A stretch of 64,000 nt of DNA, taken from Phaeosaccion multiseriatum (lineage: Eukaryota; Protista; Ochrophyta, other classes). Under the pieces are notes generated by a model. The model ran no database searches. It had not been told where the DNA came from and saw only the letters and a list, made by a program, of their open reading frames with translations. The position numbers and the translations under genes are program-made. The DNA lies in contig OZ218964.1 in assembly GCA_965112735.1 (NCBI GenBank), forward strand, positions 2,542,001 to 2,606,000, written 5' to 3'. Of this stretch, positions 1-20,000 are shown one piece after another (the stretch's first letter is position 1; every line of letters starts with the position of its first letter).

Positions 1-252
1 CGTGAGTCATGGTCCATTGCAAGGGCCGTGGGACGGCACAGCGGAAGCGAGTCAGGCCAATAAGCAAGTGAGTGCGTGGAAGGAGACAGACACAGAAGGG
101 TAGAGGAGTCGATGGCAGCGGATGGCGGGGGTTGGGGGCAACGCTGGCACGGTTCGGGAGGGGAGCGAGGACGGAGGCTCAGACTAGCTGCCTCGCTCCA
201 AGTTCGAGCGTCTCAGTGCCTTTGGGCAGTCGCGAATGATTCTCAGTCTTAC

Positions 253-8926
<8,674 letters not shown>

Positions 8927-9079
8927 GTCTCCCTGGTTTGTTTGACTGTATTTTTTATGTTGCTTTCAAAGTCTTCTGCCAAAGCAACAGCATTTGTGAT
9001 CATGTAACGTCGGATAACAACACGTGAAACAATTTAAATTCCAGTAGCTCCCCGATTGAGAGAGAGGGGGGGCGACAGC
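8927..9079. promoter_or_regulatory. Short putative bidirectional promoter between the coiled-coil gene and PDI
   Basis: 153 bp between divergent ATGs (8926 on -, 9080 on +); locally AT-richer; contains TAACGT (9005) and CACGTG (9021). Confidence 0.5.
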
Positions 9080-10525
9080 ATGAGGTGGCTTTCCTTCTTG
9101 CAGACAGCTGCGGCAGTCGCTGGCCTGGTGGCCGGGCCTGCGGTGGAAGCATGGGGGGCGAAGAAGGAAGAGGCAGCGGCGGTGTTGGACTTGGACCCGG
9201 CGACCTTCGAGGCGGTGGCATTGGACCCTAATCAGGGCGTACTAGTGGAGTTCTACGCACCATGGTGTGGTAGGTTCCATCCATGCTTAGCATGCAGGCT
9301 GCATTCCGCCCTCCCTCACAAGCCCTACCTAAAAATAGCACCGGCACCATGGAACCGGCACCGCTTCTTCCTCTCCTCGTACGATACCCCACAGGGCACT
9401 GCAAGGCACTGGAGGCGGACTACCAAATCGTCGGGGAAACTTTCAAGGCCGAGAGCGACGTTACCATCGCAAGGGTGAGTGAAGGGAGAGAGGTGAGCGC
9501 CCTCTGTGTGGGTGCGAATGAGAAAGGGCGCCCTGCACTTGGCTGGGCGTATAAGGCTTACATGTGCGCGGTGCTGGCACTTTACCCAGTCCTCCAGTCC
9601 TGGAGACTCTTAAGCTCAAGCCTTGATATAATCAGAGCTCCACCCTCGTCACGACTGACCCAGGTGGATGCCGACCTCCACCATACCCTCGGCAATCCCT
9701 ACGGCGTGAGAGGCTTCCCGACCCTCAAGTGGTTCCCAAAGGGGGGCGACACGGCCTCCGTTGTGGACTATGACGGCAAGAGGTGGGTTGGGAAGGAGGC
9801 ATATGAGCGGCCAGCCCTGCGCTGAGGGAGGAGCACCGGAGCGACGCAGCTCTCCCTCGGCGTGGAAAGCGTGGAAAGGGTGGTCATGGAAGCCATGCAG
9901 TCACACAGCACGCGTGGAGATTGTAGATACTGATTGGAGGGTAGAGATAGGATGGCCCCTTTTGGAGGACAACGCGATGCTAATGTTTCTGACTCGGACG
10001 TGCGGTCTCTCCCCCTTGTCTCTCTCTCCGTCTCCCCCTTGTCTCTCTCTCTCCCCCTTGTCTCTCTCTCTCTCCCCCTTGTCTCTCTCTCTCTCCCCCT
10101 TGTCTCTCTCTCTCTCTCCCTTGTCTCTCTCTCTCTCTCTCCCTTGTCTCTCTCTCTCTCCCCCTTGTCTCTCTCTCTCTCCCCCTTGTCTCTCTCTCTC
10201 TCCACCTTGTCTTTGTCTCTGCCCCTTCGTATCTCTCTCTCTGTCGCATACTGCCCCTCTACGGCTGCAGATCCGCTGAGGCTATTGTGGGCTGGGTCAA
10301 TGCCAAGACAGGCAAGACCAGCGCAGTGGTCAAGGTGAGGCGAGACAAAGGAATCGTACTCAGCTTTTAAGGGTTGGGGTTTTGCGTCCTCTAGCGCCAT
10401 ACGGGCGGTGTTGGCTTTGCCACGCTTCCTATTTTTCTTCTTCCAAAGAGAGTAATCGGGAGGATGGTAGTGGATGGACTATGTACCTCTCTCTCGATTC
10501 TGACATGGGGGGAGGGGAGAATTAG

Positions 10526-10559
<34 letters not shown>

Positions 10560-11477
10560 ACTCGCGTTACAAAATGCTGGAGCGTGTTGTGGGGAGTGGG
10601 AGGGAAGGGATGAAGGAAACGTGTGGCGAAAGTGTACCTAATGATGTCCAAGCGAAGTCTGGATAGATACATGGGTAGAGTAGATTGCCATTCTCTGTCC
10701 ATCCTCTGACTTGTCCCTCTCTCTCTCTACATCCCATCCGTCGAAAGCAGCCCATGTCTGCCGTGGTGGATCTAACAATCTCAAATTTCGAGTCTGTAGC
10801 CCTCGACCCGACAAAACTCGTATTCGTGGACTTCATGGCGCCGTGGTGCGGTGAGTGCATACGAGTGCATATGAAAGGATTGGGGGCGGGGGAGGAGAGA
10901 CAAAGGGCGGCGGGCCGGGCAAGAGATAAGCATCATGACTGGACATTCATCTTCCTCAGCTGAGTTGACTGACTGGGCATACACATGCATGACCAACTGT
11001 GAGCGCGGACAGAGGCTTGTGGACGAGGCGTCTCACCCCGCCCCGCACACACGTGGAGAAACTTGCCTCTCAGCACAGCAAGGGCCTCTCTCTATAAGAG
11101 GGGCCATCAGCAGGGTAACGAGAAAAGGCCTCTCTCTATAAGAGGGGCCATCAGCAGGGTAACGAGAAAAGGCCTCTCTATATAAGAGGGGCCATCAGCA
11201 GGGTAACGAGAAAAGGCCTCTCTCTATAAGAGGGGCCATCAGCAGGGTAACGAGAAAAGGCCTCTCTCTATAAGAGGGGCCATCAGCAGGGTAACGAGAA
11301 TAGGGAGGGAGGAGGTGCCCTGTCCCACTGCCGACACGCCGCACTCACTCACCCACTCACTCACTCACTCACTCACTCACTCACTCACTCACTCACTCAC
11401 TCACTCACTCACGCACTCACTCACTCACTCACTCCCTCACTGTCTACCTACGTGTCTGTCTGTCTGCCTGTTGGCCC

Positions 11478-11545
<68 letters not shown>

Positions 11546-12978
11546 GTCCGTCCATCTGTCTGTCTGTCCGACTATCTGTCCGTCCATCTGTCTGTCTGGG
11601 ACTCCTGGTGTATCGGCAGGGCACTGCAAGCAGCTGGAGCCCAAGCTAGAGCAGCTGGCGAGGGCCTTCGAGGGGGAGGACAGAGTCGTCATTGCCAAGG
11701 TGTGTGTGTGTGTTTATGTGTGTGTACGTGTGTGTGTGCGTGTGTGTGTGGGCCTTCTCCGAGGCCTCCCTTTGACTTCCTCACGCACTCTCGCATCTCT
11801 CGCATCCCCCTCTCCATTTCGTACCCGCCCCTCTCTCCCACCACCCTCCACACCAACTTGGGCACCACCCAACGCCAAAACCAACACCAAACAGGTTGAC
11901 GCCACAGTGTCCACTGCCATCGCCCAGCGCTACAGCGTCACGGGCTACCCCACCATCCTCTCCTTTGGGGCCACAGCCGTTAGTACAGCCGTTAGTTATA
12001 CAGAGGGTGACGCTGACGATCCGGAGACTTATCGAGGGGAGAGAGAGCCCGAGGCAATGGCACTATTCATCAATGAAAGGGCAGGCACAGGGTGAGGCGC
12101 AGGTGGCAGTACATGGACGCTTAGGATGTACATGGCAGTACATGGAGGCTTAGGATGTAGATGGCAGTATGTGGATCTTAGTAGATGGAGGCTTAGGATG
12201 TACATGGCAGTAGATTCGGGCTCTCACCCAGTCTGTTTCTCCACCCCCACCCCACTCCCTGTATCACCAACTGCTGCAGGTCCGACGGACGGGGCGGCAT
12301 TGTGGCTGGTTATGGCCGCGTGCCTGCCCTAGATAAGATCGTCAAGGGCAAAGCGAAGAAAGGCCTGATGGACGAGGTGGTGCTTCAGCGCCTCACAGCC
12401 GCCGTCGGAGAGCTACGGCCGGAGGGGGGCGTGGAGGCATATGGGCAAGGGCCAAAGGCGTATGGGCATGGTTTGCTTTACGAGCACGTGGGGAGGAAGG
12501 TCGTGGACAAGGGCGCAAAGTACCTTGATTCGGAGGTGAGGCGTGCAGGGCGGGGTGGCAGTGTGTTTGTGGTCTCTCTCTCTCTTGCGCTCAGCTCACT
12601 CACTCACTCACTCACTCACTCACTCACTCACTCACTCACTCACTCACTCACTCACTCACTCACTACCTCTCCTCTTCTCTGCTCTGCTCTGCTCTACTCT
12701 ACTCTACTCACTCTTTCTCTCTCTCTCTCTCCCTCTCTGATCAGACGAAGCGCTTGACCGGGCTGCTGTCCAGCTCCAGCGTGAGCGAATCAAGCAAGAC
12801 GCTCTTCAGCGTACGCGTCAACATCCTCCAGGCCTTCGGGGAGGAGGAGGAGGAGGAGGAGGAGGAGGAGAAGGACGAGGAGGAGACCCCTGTAGCGGCC
12901 ACCGTATCACCAACTGTTAAGGATGCTGCCGCCGCTGCTGCTGATGCTGCTGACCCCGGGGGGGACGGGGAGCTGTAG
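9080..12978 (+). CDS. PDI: Protein disulfide isomerase, a-a'-D type (PDIL2-1/ERp38/TIGA-like)
   Basis: Exons 9080-9269, 9395-9474, 9664-9782, 10271-10334, 10751(or 10748)-10850, 11620-11699, 11895-12091, 12280-12535, 12745-12978. Signal peptide; two thioredoxin domains (FYAPWCGHCK, FMAPWCGHCK, with GFPTL/GYPTI); ERp29-like helical D domain (KGAKYLDSETKRL...RVNILQAF); ends DGEL*. Confidence 0.93.
10010..10220. repeat. CCCCTTGTCTCTCTCT-type pyrimidine minisatellite, PDI intron 3
   Basis: About 10 variable-length units. Confidence 0.85.
11083..11300. repeat. 42-bp minisatellite x5, PDI intron 5
   Basis: Unit GGCCTCTCTCTATAAGAGGGGCCATCAGCAGGGTAACGAGAAAA (one CT shorter in some copies), near-identical, no spacers. 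Confidence 0.92.
11342..11597. repeat. (ACTC)n followed by (TGTC)n microsatellites
   Basis: Direct inspection. Confidence 0.9.
12100..12212. repeat. Degenerate minisatellite ATGGCAGTACATGGAGGCTTAGGATGTA
   Basis: Three to four imperfect units after the PDI exon 7 donor. Confidence 0.75.
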
Positions 12979-13820
12979 CGGAGGAGGGTCAAGGAGGGGA
13001 GGGGGTAAGTGTCTCTGAGACTGTGAAGCAAGACAGTCTTGCTGCTCTATCGGCGGGGCGTGCTCGTTGAATGGTGACTGGTGTGGAGGAGCGGGCTACA
13101 GCCCAGACGGGGGGAACTATCAGTCAGTCAGTCAGTCAGTCAGTCAGTCAGTCAGTCAGTCATTCAGTGAGGAGCTGCTGAGAAAGGCAAGAGTACCGTC
13201 GTCTCGACGCTGCGGTTGCTCATTCATCACAGAACGGTATGAGTTTCAGTGCCTGTGTCCTGCCCTGGGGGGGGTGGCAATGAAGGATGCATGAAGCGTA
13301 GGGAAACCCCCACCGCCGCCGTATCCGGCCCAGGAGAGAGAGAGAGAGGGAGAGAGGGAGCCTCGCCAGGCAGGCCCTTTGCTTTGCGTGCATGTGGCGA
13401 CGGAAACGCACCACCAAAACGCCGGCGAGCATCGTCGTGCTTACATGGAGAAGCCCCCCCCCCCCCGGGGGGGCTCAAAGGGCCCCCGTGTCCAGCCACC
13501 TAGACACATGGGAGGCGTTGGGCTGAGCACTCAGACATATGGGAGGCATATAGGTTGAAGAGCGACGAGCGAGGGAGCGAGGAAGGGGGCAACGAGGGGG
13601 GGGCTGTTCCCCTCTGCCCTTCGCACGCACGCACGCACGCACGGGAGAGGCAGACCTGCGCCTTCCTTCCTCCTTCTGATTGACATTCGGTGGCCGGGCT
13701 TGACATCGGGTAGGGACACCCGCTCGGGGCGTGGGAGGGAGAAAGGGAGGGGGGTGAATGGCGCCTAGCACACCCCTTTGGACTTCGCTGGGCAAGTGGG
13801 GTGGAGGATGTGCATGGTAG

Positions 13821-13871
<51 letters not shown>

Positions 13872-14298
13872 GTCTGCCTGCTGCTTCTCTTCAAAAAAGA
13901 AAATAGGTACCCATATGAGGTCTCGAAATTGGAAATGGATGGCGAGATGGGGTGTCGAAATTGAATATAGATGCCGAAAGCATATGTAGAGGTACCGACG
14001 GGCTTCCGTGGCAATCCTCCCTCCTGCCTTCCTCGCAGCCAGTACGGCACCAGGCCCCCTGCAGCATGCATCACAGCCCAACCTTGAACCTCTAGAACCA
14101 GGGGGGCTGCGCTCTTCGCGTCCAGCGCTGTTCGTGTCCATTGACGCTGAAACTCGAACTTAAACTGGGGTTTCGTCCCCACTGAGCTCCGATATCGATC
14201 TCCTTCGACACCCGTCCACTCTCCTCAAAGAAGGCCAATACCATTGTACCTTGTAGCGCACTCAAATACGACACCAAAACATCCTCTCGCGCTCTCTA

Positions 14299-14385
14299 TT
14301 ACAACACCTCGTCGTGAAAGTGCTGCTGAGGCCGCTGCTGATGCGGATGCTGCTGATGCTGCTGGTGCTGATGCTGCTGCTGATT

Positions 14386-14424
<39 letters not shown>

Positions 14425-16993
14425 TCGCTCTCGCTTGGCCTTCAGTCTATAGCGGTAGTAGGAAATGGGGTAGGAGGAGGAGGGGGAGGAGGAGGAGGAG
14501 GAGAAGGAGGAGGAGGAGGAGGAGGAGGAGGAGGAGGAGGAGGAGGAGGAGGAGGGGGAAGGTGAAAAAGAGAGAAAGAGAGGGAGGGTGAGACAGAGGG
14601 AGCAAGAGAGAGACATGTATAGAGACAGGGCCGATCGGGGATCGAGCCCCGTAACAATCCTTTCCTCAAAGGGCGAGTCCTTCTCCCTTACTACCCTACC
14701 CTGCCATACTCACTTGCCTAGTGCTCTTCCTACCCTACCCTACCACACTCACTTGGCGAGTGCTGCTTCCCTGTTGGCTCGTATGCGCTCCCGTTGGGCG
14801 GGGGACAGCTTGCTCTTGTTCGCACTTGCCTGGGCCTGGGCATTAGCTGCGCCTCCAGCCTGCCCGCTGTCTGGCGGGGTGCTCACGAAGCACTCCGCTG
14901 AACCTGGCCTTGGCCCTGACCCTGGCCCTGATCCTGATCCTGATCCTGATCCTGACCCTGACCCTGACCCTGGCCCTGACCCTGACCTTGGCCTTGACCA
15001 TGAGCCTGACCCCGACCCTGACCCTGACCCTAACCTTGATCCAGGCCCTGACCCCGCCCCCGATGCTGACTCAAACTCTGACCCCGAGCCCGGCCCCGAC
15101 CCCAACCTTGACCCTGGTCCTGGCCCTGCATTGCGTTCAAAGGAGGAGGGAGCAAGAGGCGCAAGCCCGTCAGGGTCACACAAGCGTATCAAGGAGTAAG
15201 CCCCGAAAAGCTACATGGAGCACATACACAGACCCACAACATGTTGACAAGTTAGTTCTTCGTCGTGCTGCCGCCTCGCACCTTGAAAAGCCTGCTTCAA
15301 CCCGCCTGTATCACCAACGGCTGCTGCTGCCCTTGGCTCATGGGGAGGGGTGGACAAAGCCTTTACCCAGCTGCTGCTGCTGCTGCTACTACTACTGCTA
15401 CCCCTATTCCCGTTGTTCCCTGCCCTCTCGCTCCCGCCAAGCTCTTCTGTCAAGTCCACGAAGCCGTCCTTGTCGTCGCCGTTGTCTTCCACGGTCAGGA
15501 CGTCAGTCGACTTGTGCTGGTGCTTGTGCTGCTGTGGGCGCTTGACGGGGGAGGAAGAGGAGGCCCCACCAAAGGCATACGCGTCCAAAACGCCCGCCCC
15601 CCCTCCACCACCACCGCTCCTACCTTTCCCCAGCCCTTGCCCGGGCATGGGCTCCTTCGTCAGTACCCCACCCCCTCCCGCAGCCCCCCCCCCAGCATCT
15701 CCGACCACCTTGACCACCTTGCCCGCTCCAACACTTCCAGCCTTGCCCTGGACAACAAAGTCGAGCATAGAGGCGTGTCCGTGGCTCTGCTCCTTGCCAT
15801 TCTGCTTGACACTCTGCTTGACATTGTGGAACTCTCCGGCCTTGCTGTTGAGCCCGACGGTGGAGTTGACTGTGCTCGTCTTCTTTTGTAGAGAAGCCAG
15901 CATCTCCTGTTGAGGGGAGGAATGACAACGGAAGGTAGTGGATGGCAGTGGATGGAAGTGGATGGCAGTGGACGGGTTGTGTGAAAAGATGGCAATATAA
16001 GGAGGAGTTCGGACCAACGGGTGGTCACGTGGCATAGAGACGTGTAGCAGTTTACGTAGGTAGATACGTAGGTAGTGACGGAGGGATAAGAGACGGAGGG
16101 CATTACGTAAGTACCTGGTCGAGGGTCTCCTTGGCGACGAGGTACACCACCTTGACCTCCGCTGCCGTCTGTCCGATGCGGTGGATGCGATCCTCGGCCT
16201 GAGAGGGGGGGGCAGGGGAGGGAGGGGGGGGGGGGTACGGCATGTTAGGAGGCAAGGCAATAGCAATGCAACTGATCCAGAATGGGCACCGCGCCTTGCT
16301 GACACTGACACTGAAACTGCTAACTACAACTGACTAGAAGCTCTCCCTTCTCCTGAAACTGCTGAAACTACAAGTGCCTTCATCTAACCTGCTCCAGGGT
16401 GGAGGGGTTCCACTGGAGCTCTGCGAAGAGCGCGATGCTTGCTGCCGTAAGAGTGATGCCCATGTTGGCCGCCGTCGTGCCCAGCAGAATCACCTGAGAG
16501 AGGAGCGGGTGTATCGGCATACATACAGGAGGCATATGGAGGCATATGAGCACACATAGCGGGTATATATATACAGGCATACGGGCACAGATAACGGGCA
16601 CAGGGCATAGGCGCGCAGACACACAGCCAACAGACAGGTGGGAGGGGGGAGCGGAAAGGGGGCTCAGAAGGACGAACGTCGAGCCCTACCGACACATGCG
16701 CACACACATGAGGAGAGACGAATACACACACACACATGAGGAGACAAAAGATCCATCTCACTCGCCCCTGTTCCTGCTGTTCCTGCACTACCCGCCGGCA
16801 CGCACACGCCGGAGAACGGCACAAGACGAATAAGAAAGAGAGTTCGACTGCATGCCGTACCTGCACGGGGTCCTCAGGGTCCTGGAAGCGGACAACAAGG
16901 GGCTCCCGAGCTTTGGCGCTGACCTTTCCGTCGATGCGCACAAGCTCAATGTGCTTGGAGCGGAGGGCGTGCTCGATGTAGTTCAGGACGTTC

Positions 16994-17055
<62 letters not shown>

Positions 17056-20000
17056 TGTGTGTGTGTGTGTATGTGTGCGCGCGTACGCCGCCCAAGGTAT
17101 CCAAGGGTCAGGGTCCGAGTCAGGGTCAGTCAGGGTCAGTCAGGGTCAGTCAGGGTCAGTCAGGGTCAGTCAGGGTCAGTCAGGGTCAGTCAGGGTCAGT
17201 CAGGGTCAGTCAGGGTCAGTCAGGGTCAGTCAGGGTCCGAGTCAGGGTCAGTCAGGGTCAGTCAGGGTCCGAGTCAGGGTCAGGGGGTAGCGCTCGTGTA
17301 ACTGTCGCTGCAACGCCTCGGCCTGGCGACGGCTTGGATGCTTACCATGTGATGAGCGAAGACGACGACCTTCCGCCCGCGGGGCCCGCTCCTCTGCCGC
17401 TTTCTCTTCTTCCCCTTCCCCTGAGCATTCCCCCCTCTACCCCCCTTGACGTCCAAAGTGAGCTGCCTGATCTTGCCGCTCTTGCCGCCCCCCCCCGCCT
17501 TGCCTGCCATCCCATTTGCGCCTTTCCCTTTGCCAGTCATCCCCTTCGCCGCTTTCTTAGGCCTCTTCTCCTTCTTCTTCTTCCCCTCACTCTCCTCTTC
17601 CTCCTCATCTGTATCCACCAAGTCAAGGACGACCATCCCCGTCCTCTTTTTCTTCCTCTTGCTATCCTCTCTCTCTTCCTCCTCCTCGTCATCCGAAATG
17701 ACCAGGTCCAGAACCTCCACCCCCTTCCCCTTCACCTTCTCCTTCTCCTCCCTCGTATGGTATTCCTCCACCATCTCAGAGTCGTCGCCGCTGCCCGCCC
17801 TTCGTCTTCTCGCCTCGGCGGCTGACACCCTCCCCCCCCCCTCATCCTCATCCTCCTCCTTCTCCACCTCAGGCCTCTCTGTGAGACAGAACTCGCACAC
17901 GTCGTCCTCCGCGTCCACCTCGATAGAGCAAGCAGGACACTGCCAAGCCTTCTTCACCCTCTTCCTCTCGCGCTGCTCCTCCCAACCCTTATCCAAGCCC
18001 CCTGTCGGAGAGCCTCTCTTGCGTGCCATGGGCGGAGAGGGCTGTTTTGCATATGCACAACTCTTCTTAGAGCTCCTCCTCTTGCTACTCTTCCTGGCCA
18101 ACAGCGCCTCCTCTCCCTCCTCCTCCTCCTCCTCCTCCTCCTCCTCCTCGTCCCCATCCTTGCTGTCCACATCCGCCTCTCCCCCACGCCCACGTCCCCG
18201 CCCAGCAGCAACGTCACGGATGAAGGCCTCGGGGCGGTTCTTGCTGCACAAAAGGCAAACGGCAGCGTCCGGGTCGTTGATGAATGTACACGCCTCGCAC
18301 TCCCACTCTTGGTCCTCCTTGCCGTTGTCCTCGCCTGGTGCTAGTGCCGTCGTACCGCCAGCACCTGAGCTGCTCGCCTTTGCTCGCCGCCGTGACTTGT
18401 TGCTTGCAGGCTTCTTCTCAAGCTTCTTGCCGCCCTCATCATCACTGCCGCCGCCACTGCTGCTCTTGCTGCTCTTGCGGCTCTTGCTGCCAGCCCCCCC
18501 ACCGACTTTCATCCTGCCCCTCTTCTTGCTCTTCTTCTCACGGGGCCTGGTCAAGAGACAGGCGTTGCACAGCTCGTCTGTGGCGAGGTTTGTTGTTTGG
18601 CAAGAAGGACATTCCCACTCCTCGCCTTCCTCCGGCCCCACTTCCCCCGCTGCGTCGCCTTCCCCTTCGCTCCACAGGTCCTCGACACTAGAAATCGAGG
18701 CTTCTTCCAGTGAGTTCGCTCTCTTCCTCCTCCGCCCAGAGTAGCCCTTCGGCCGCCCTCTACTGCTGCGGATGGTGTGGAGCAGGAGGTGGGGGCGAGA
18801 TCGGTTCTTGGTCGCGACAATAAAGGAGGTGCATGGACACATCAACCAACAGCGAAAACAACAGTAACACCATCAACAATTCTATCTAAACAGAGTTTAC
18901 CACCACAAACAACAACAACAACAAACAAAAACTCCAACTCCCATTTCCCGTGCTCTCCTCTTACCCGTTTGGCCGACCCCGTCCGTCGTCGTCGTCCTCA
19001 CTCGCCCCACTACCCTCACTGCCCTCACTGCCACCGCTGTCCTCCTCGCTCTCCTCCTCACTGCCACATTCCTCCTCTCCTCCCCACCCGTCCCTCCTTA
19101 TGCCCTCCTTCTCCTTGCACACCTTCAGGATGTGCTCTGCCACTGCCTTCATCTTGCCCTCGCCCGTCTTGGCATGGAGTCGACTCTGGAGGGCCTGAAG
19201 CTCGGCGTCGAGGCGGGCTCTATCGTTCTCATTGGACGCCGCCCTCTTGCTTTGCTCCAGGCCCTGAGTGGGTATGTGTGTGTGCGAGTCAGAGGGAGGG
19301 AGAGGAGAGAGACACAGCACTTGGCGATACAGCAGTTGGCGATACAGCAGTTGGCGATACAGCAGTTGGCGATACAGCAGTTGGCCATACAGCAGCACAT
19401 GGTGATCCAGATCCAGTGGCACTTGCACACCTCAACACACGTCCAACATTCCTCCTTACCTTCCTCTGCAGCATCATGTCGCTGACATCTCGTGCCGCCT
19501 CCGGGTCCATATCAACATAGATGAGCTCCCTACGCTTCGAGGCGATCTCGTCCCTCAGCACGGCCTCCTTGAGGCGCCGAACCATGACCACGCACTTGAG
19601 CATCAGCCGCAGCTCAGACGAGTTGGAGGAGCCGTGTGTCTCGAAGCCGAAGTTTCCCTGATGAGTGGGTGAGTGGGCAGGTGGGTGGTTGGATGGGTAG
19701 ATGGTTGGTTGGTTGGTGGGTTGGTTTTCGTTAGGTGGTTGGGTGGTGATGATGTTGGTGATTGGGAAGGAAGGGAGGGAGCGAATGAATGAATGAGCCG
19801 TCGGCAGACACATCATTCCTTCGCTCCCTCCTTCCGTCCCTCTCTTCCCCCTCCCTCCCTCCCTCCCTCCCCCTCCCCCCTCCGCCTCACCATGTGCCCG
19901 TTACAGTAACGCTTGGCGAAGTCCATCCAGCACCCTGCCGTGTCTTGAAACACCTCGGGGAGCACACCGCACAGCTGGGGAAACACCTCCTCTACAACAC

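Noticed and set aside
11083-11300. CRISPR-like array
   Set aside because: Units are contiguous with no unique spacers, there are no cas genes, and it lies in a eukaryotic intron.
13475-14277. ORFs between PDI and the SMARCAL1-like gene
   Set aside because: No recognisable domain or consistent splice chain; probably 3' UTR or intergenic.
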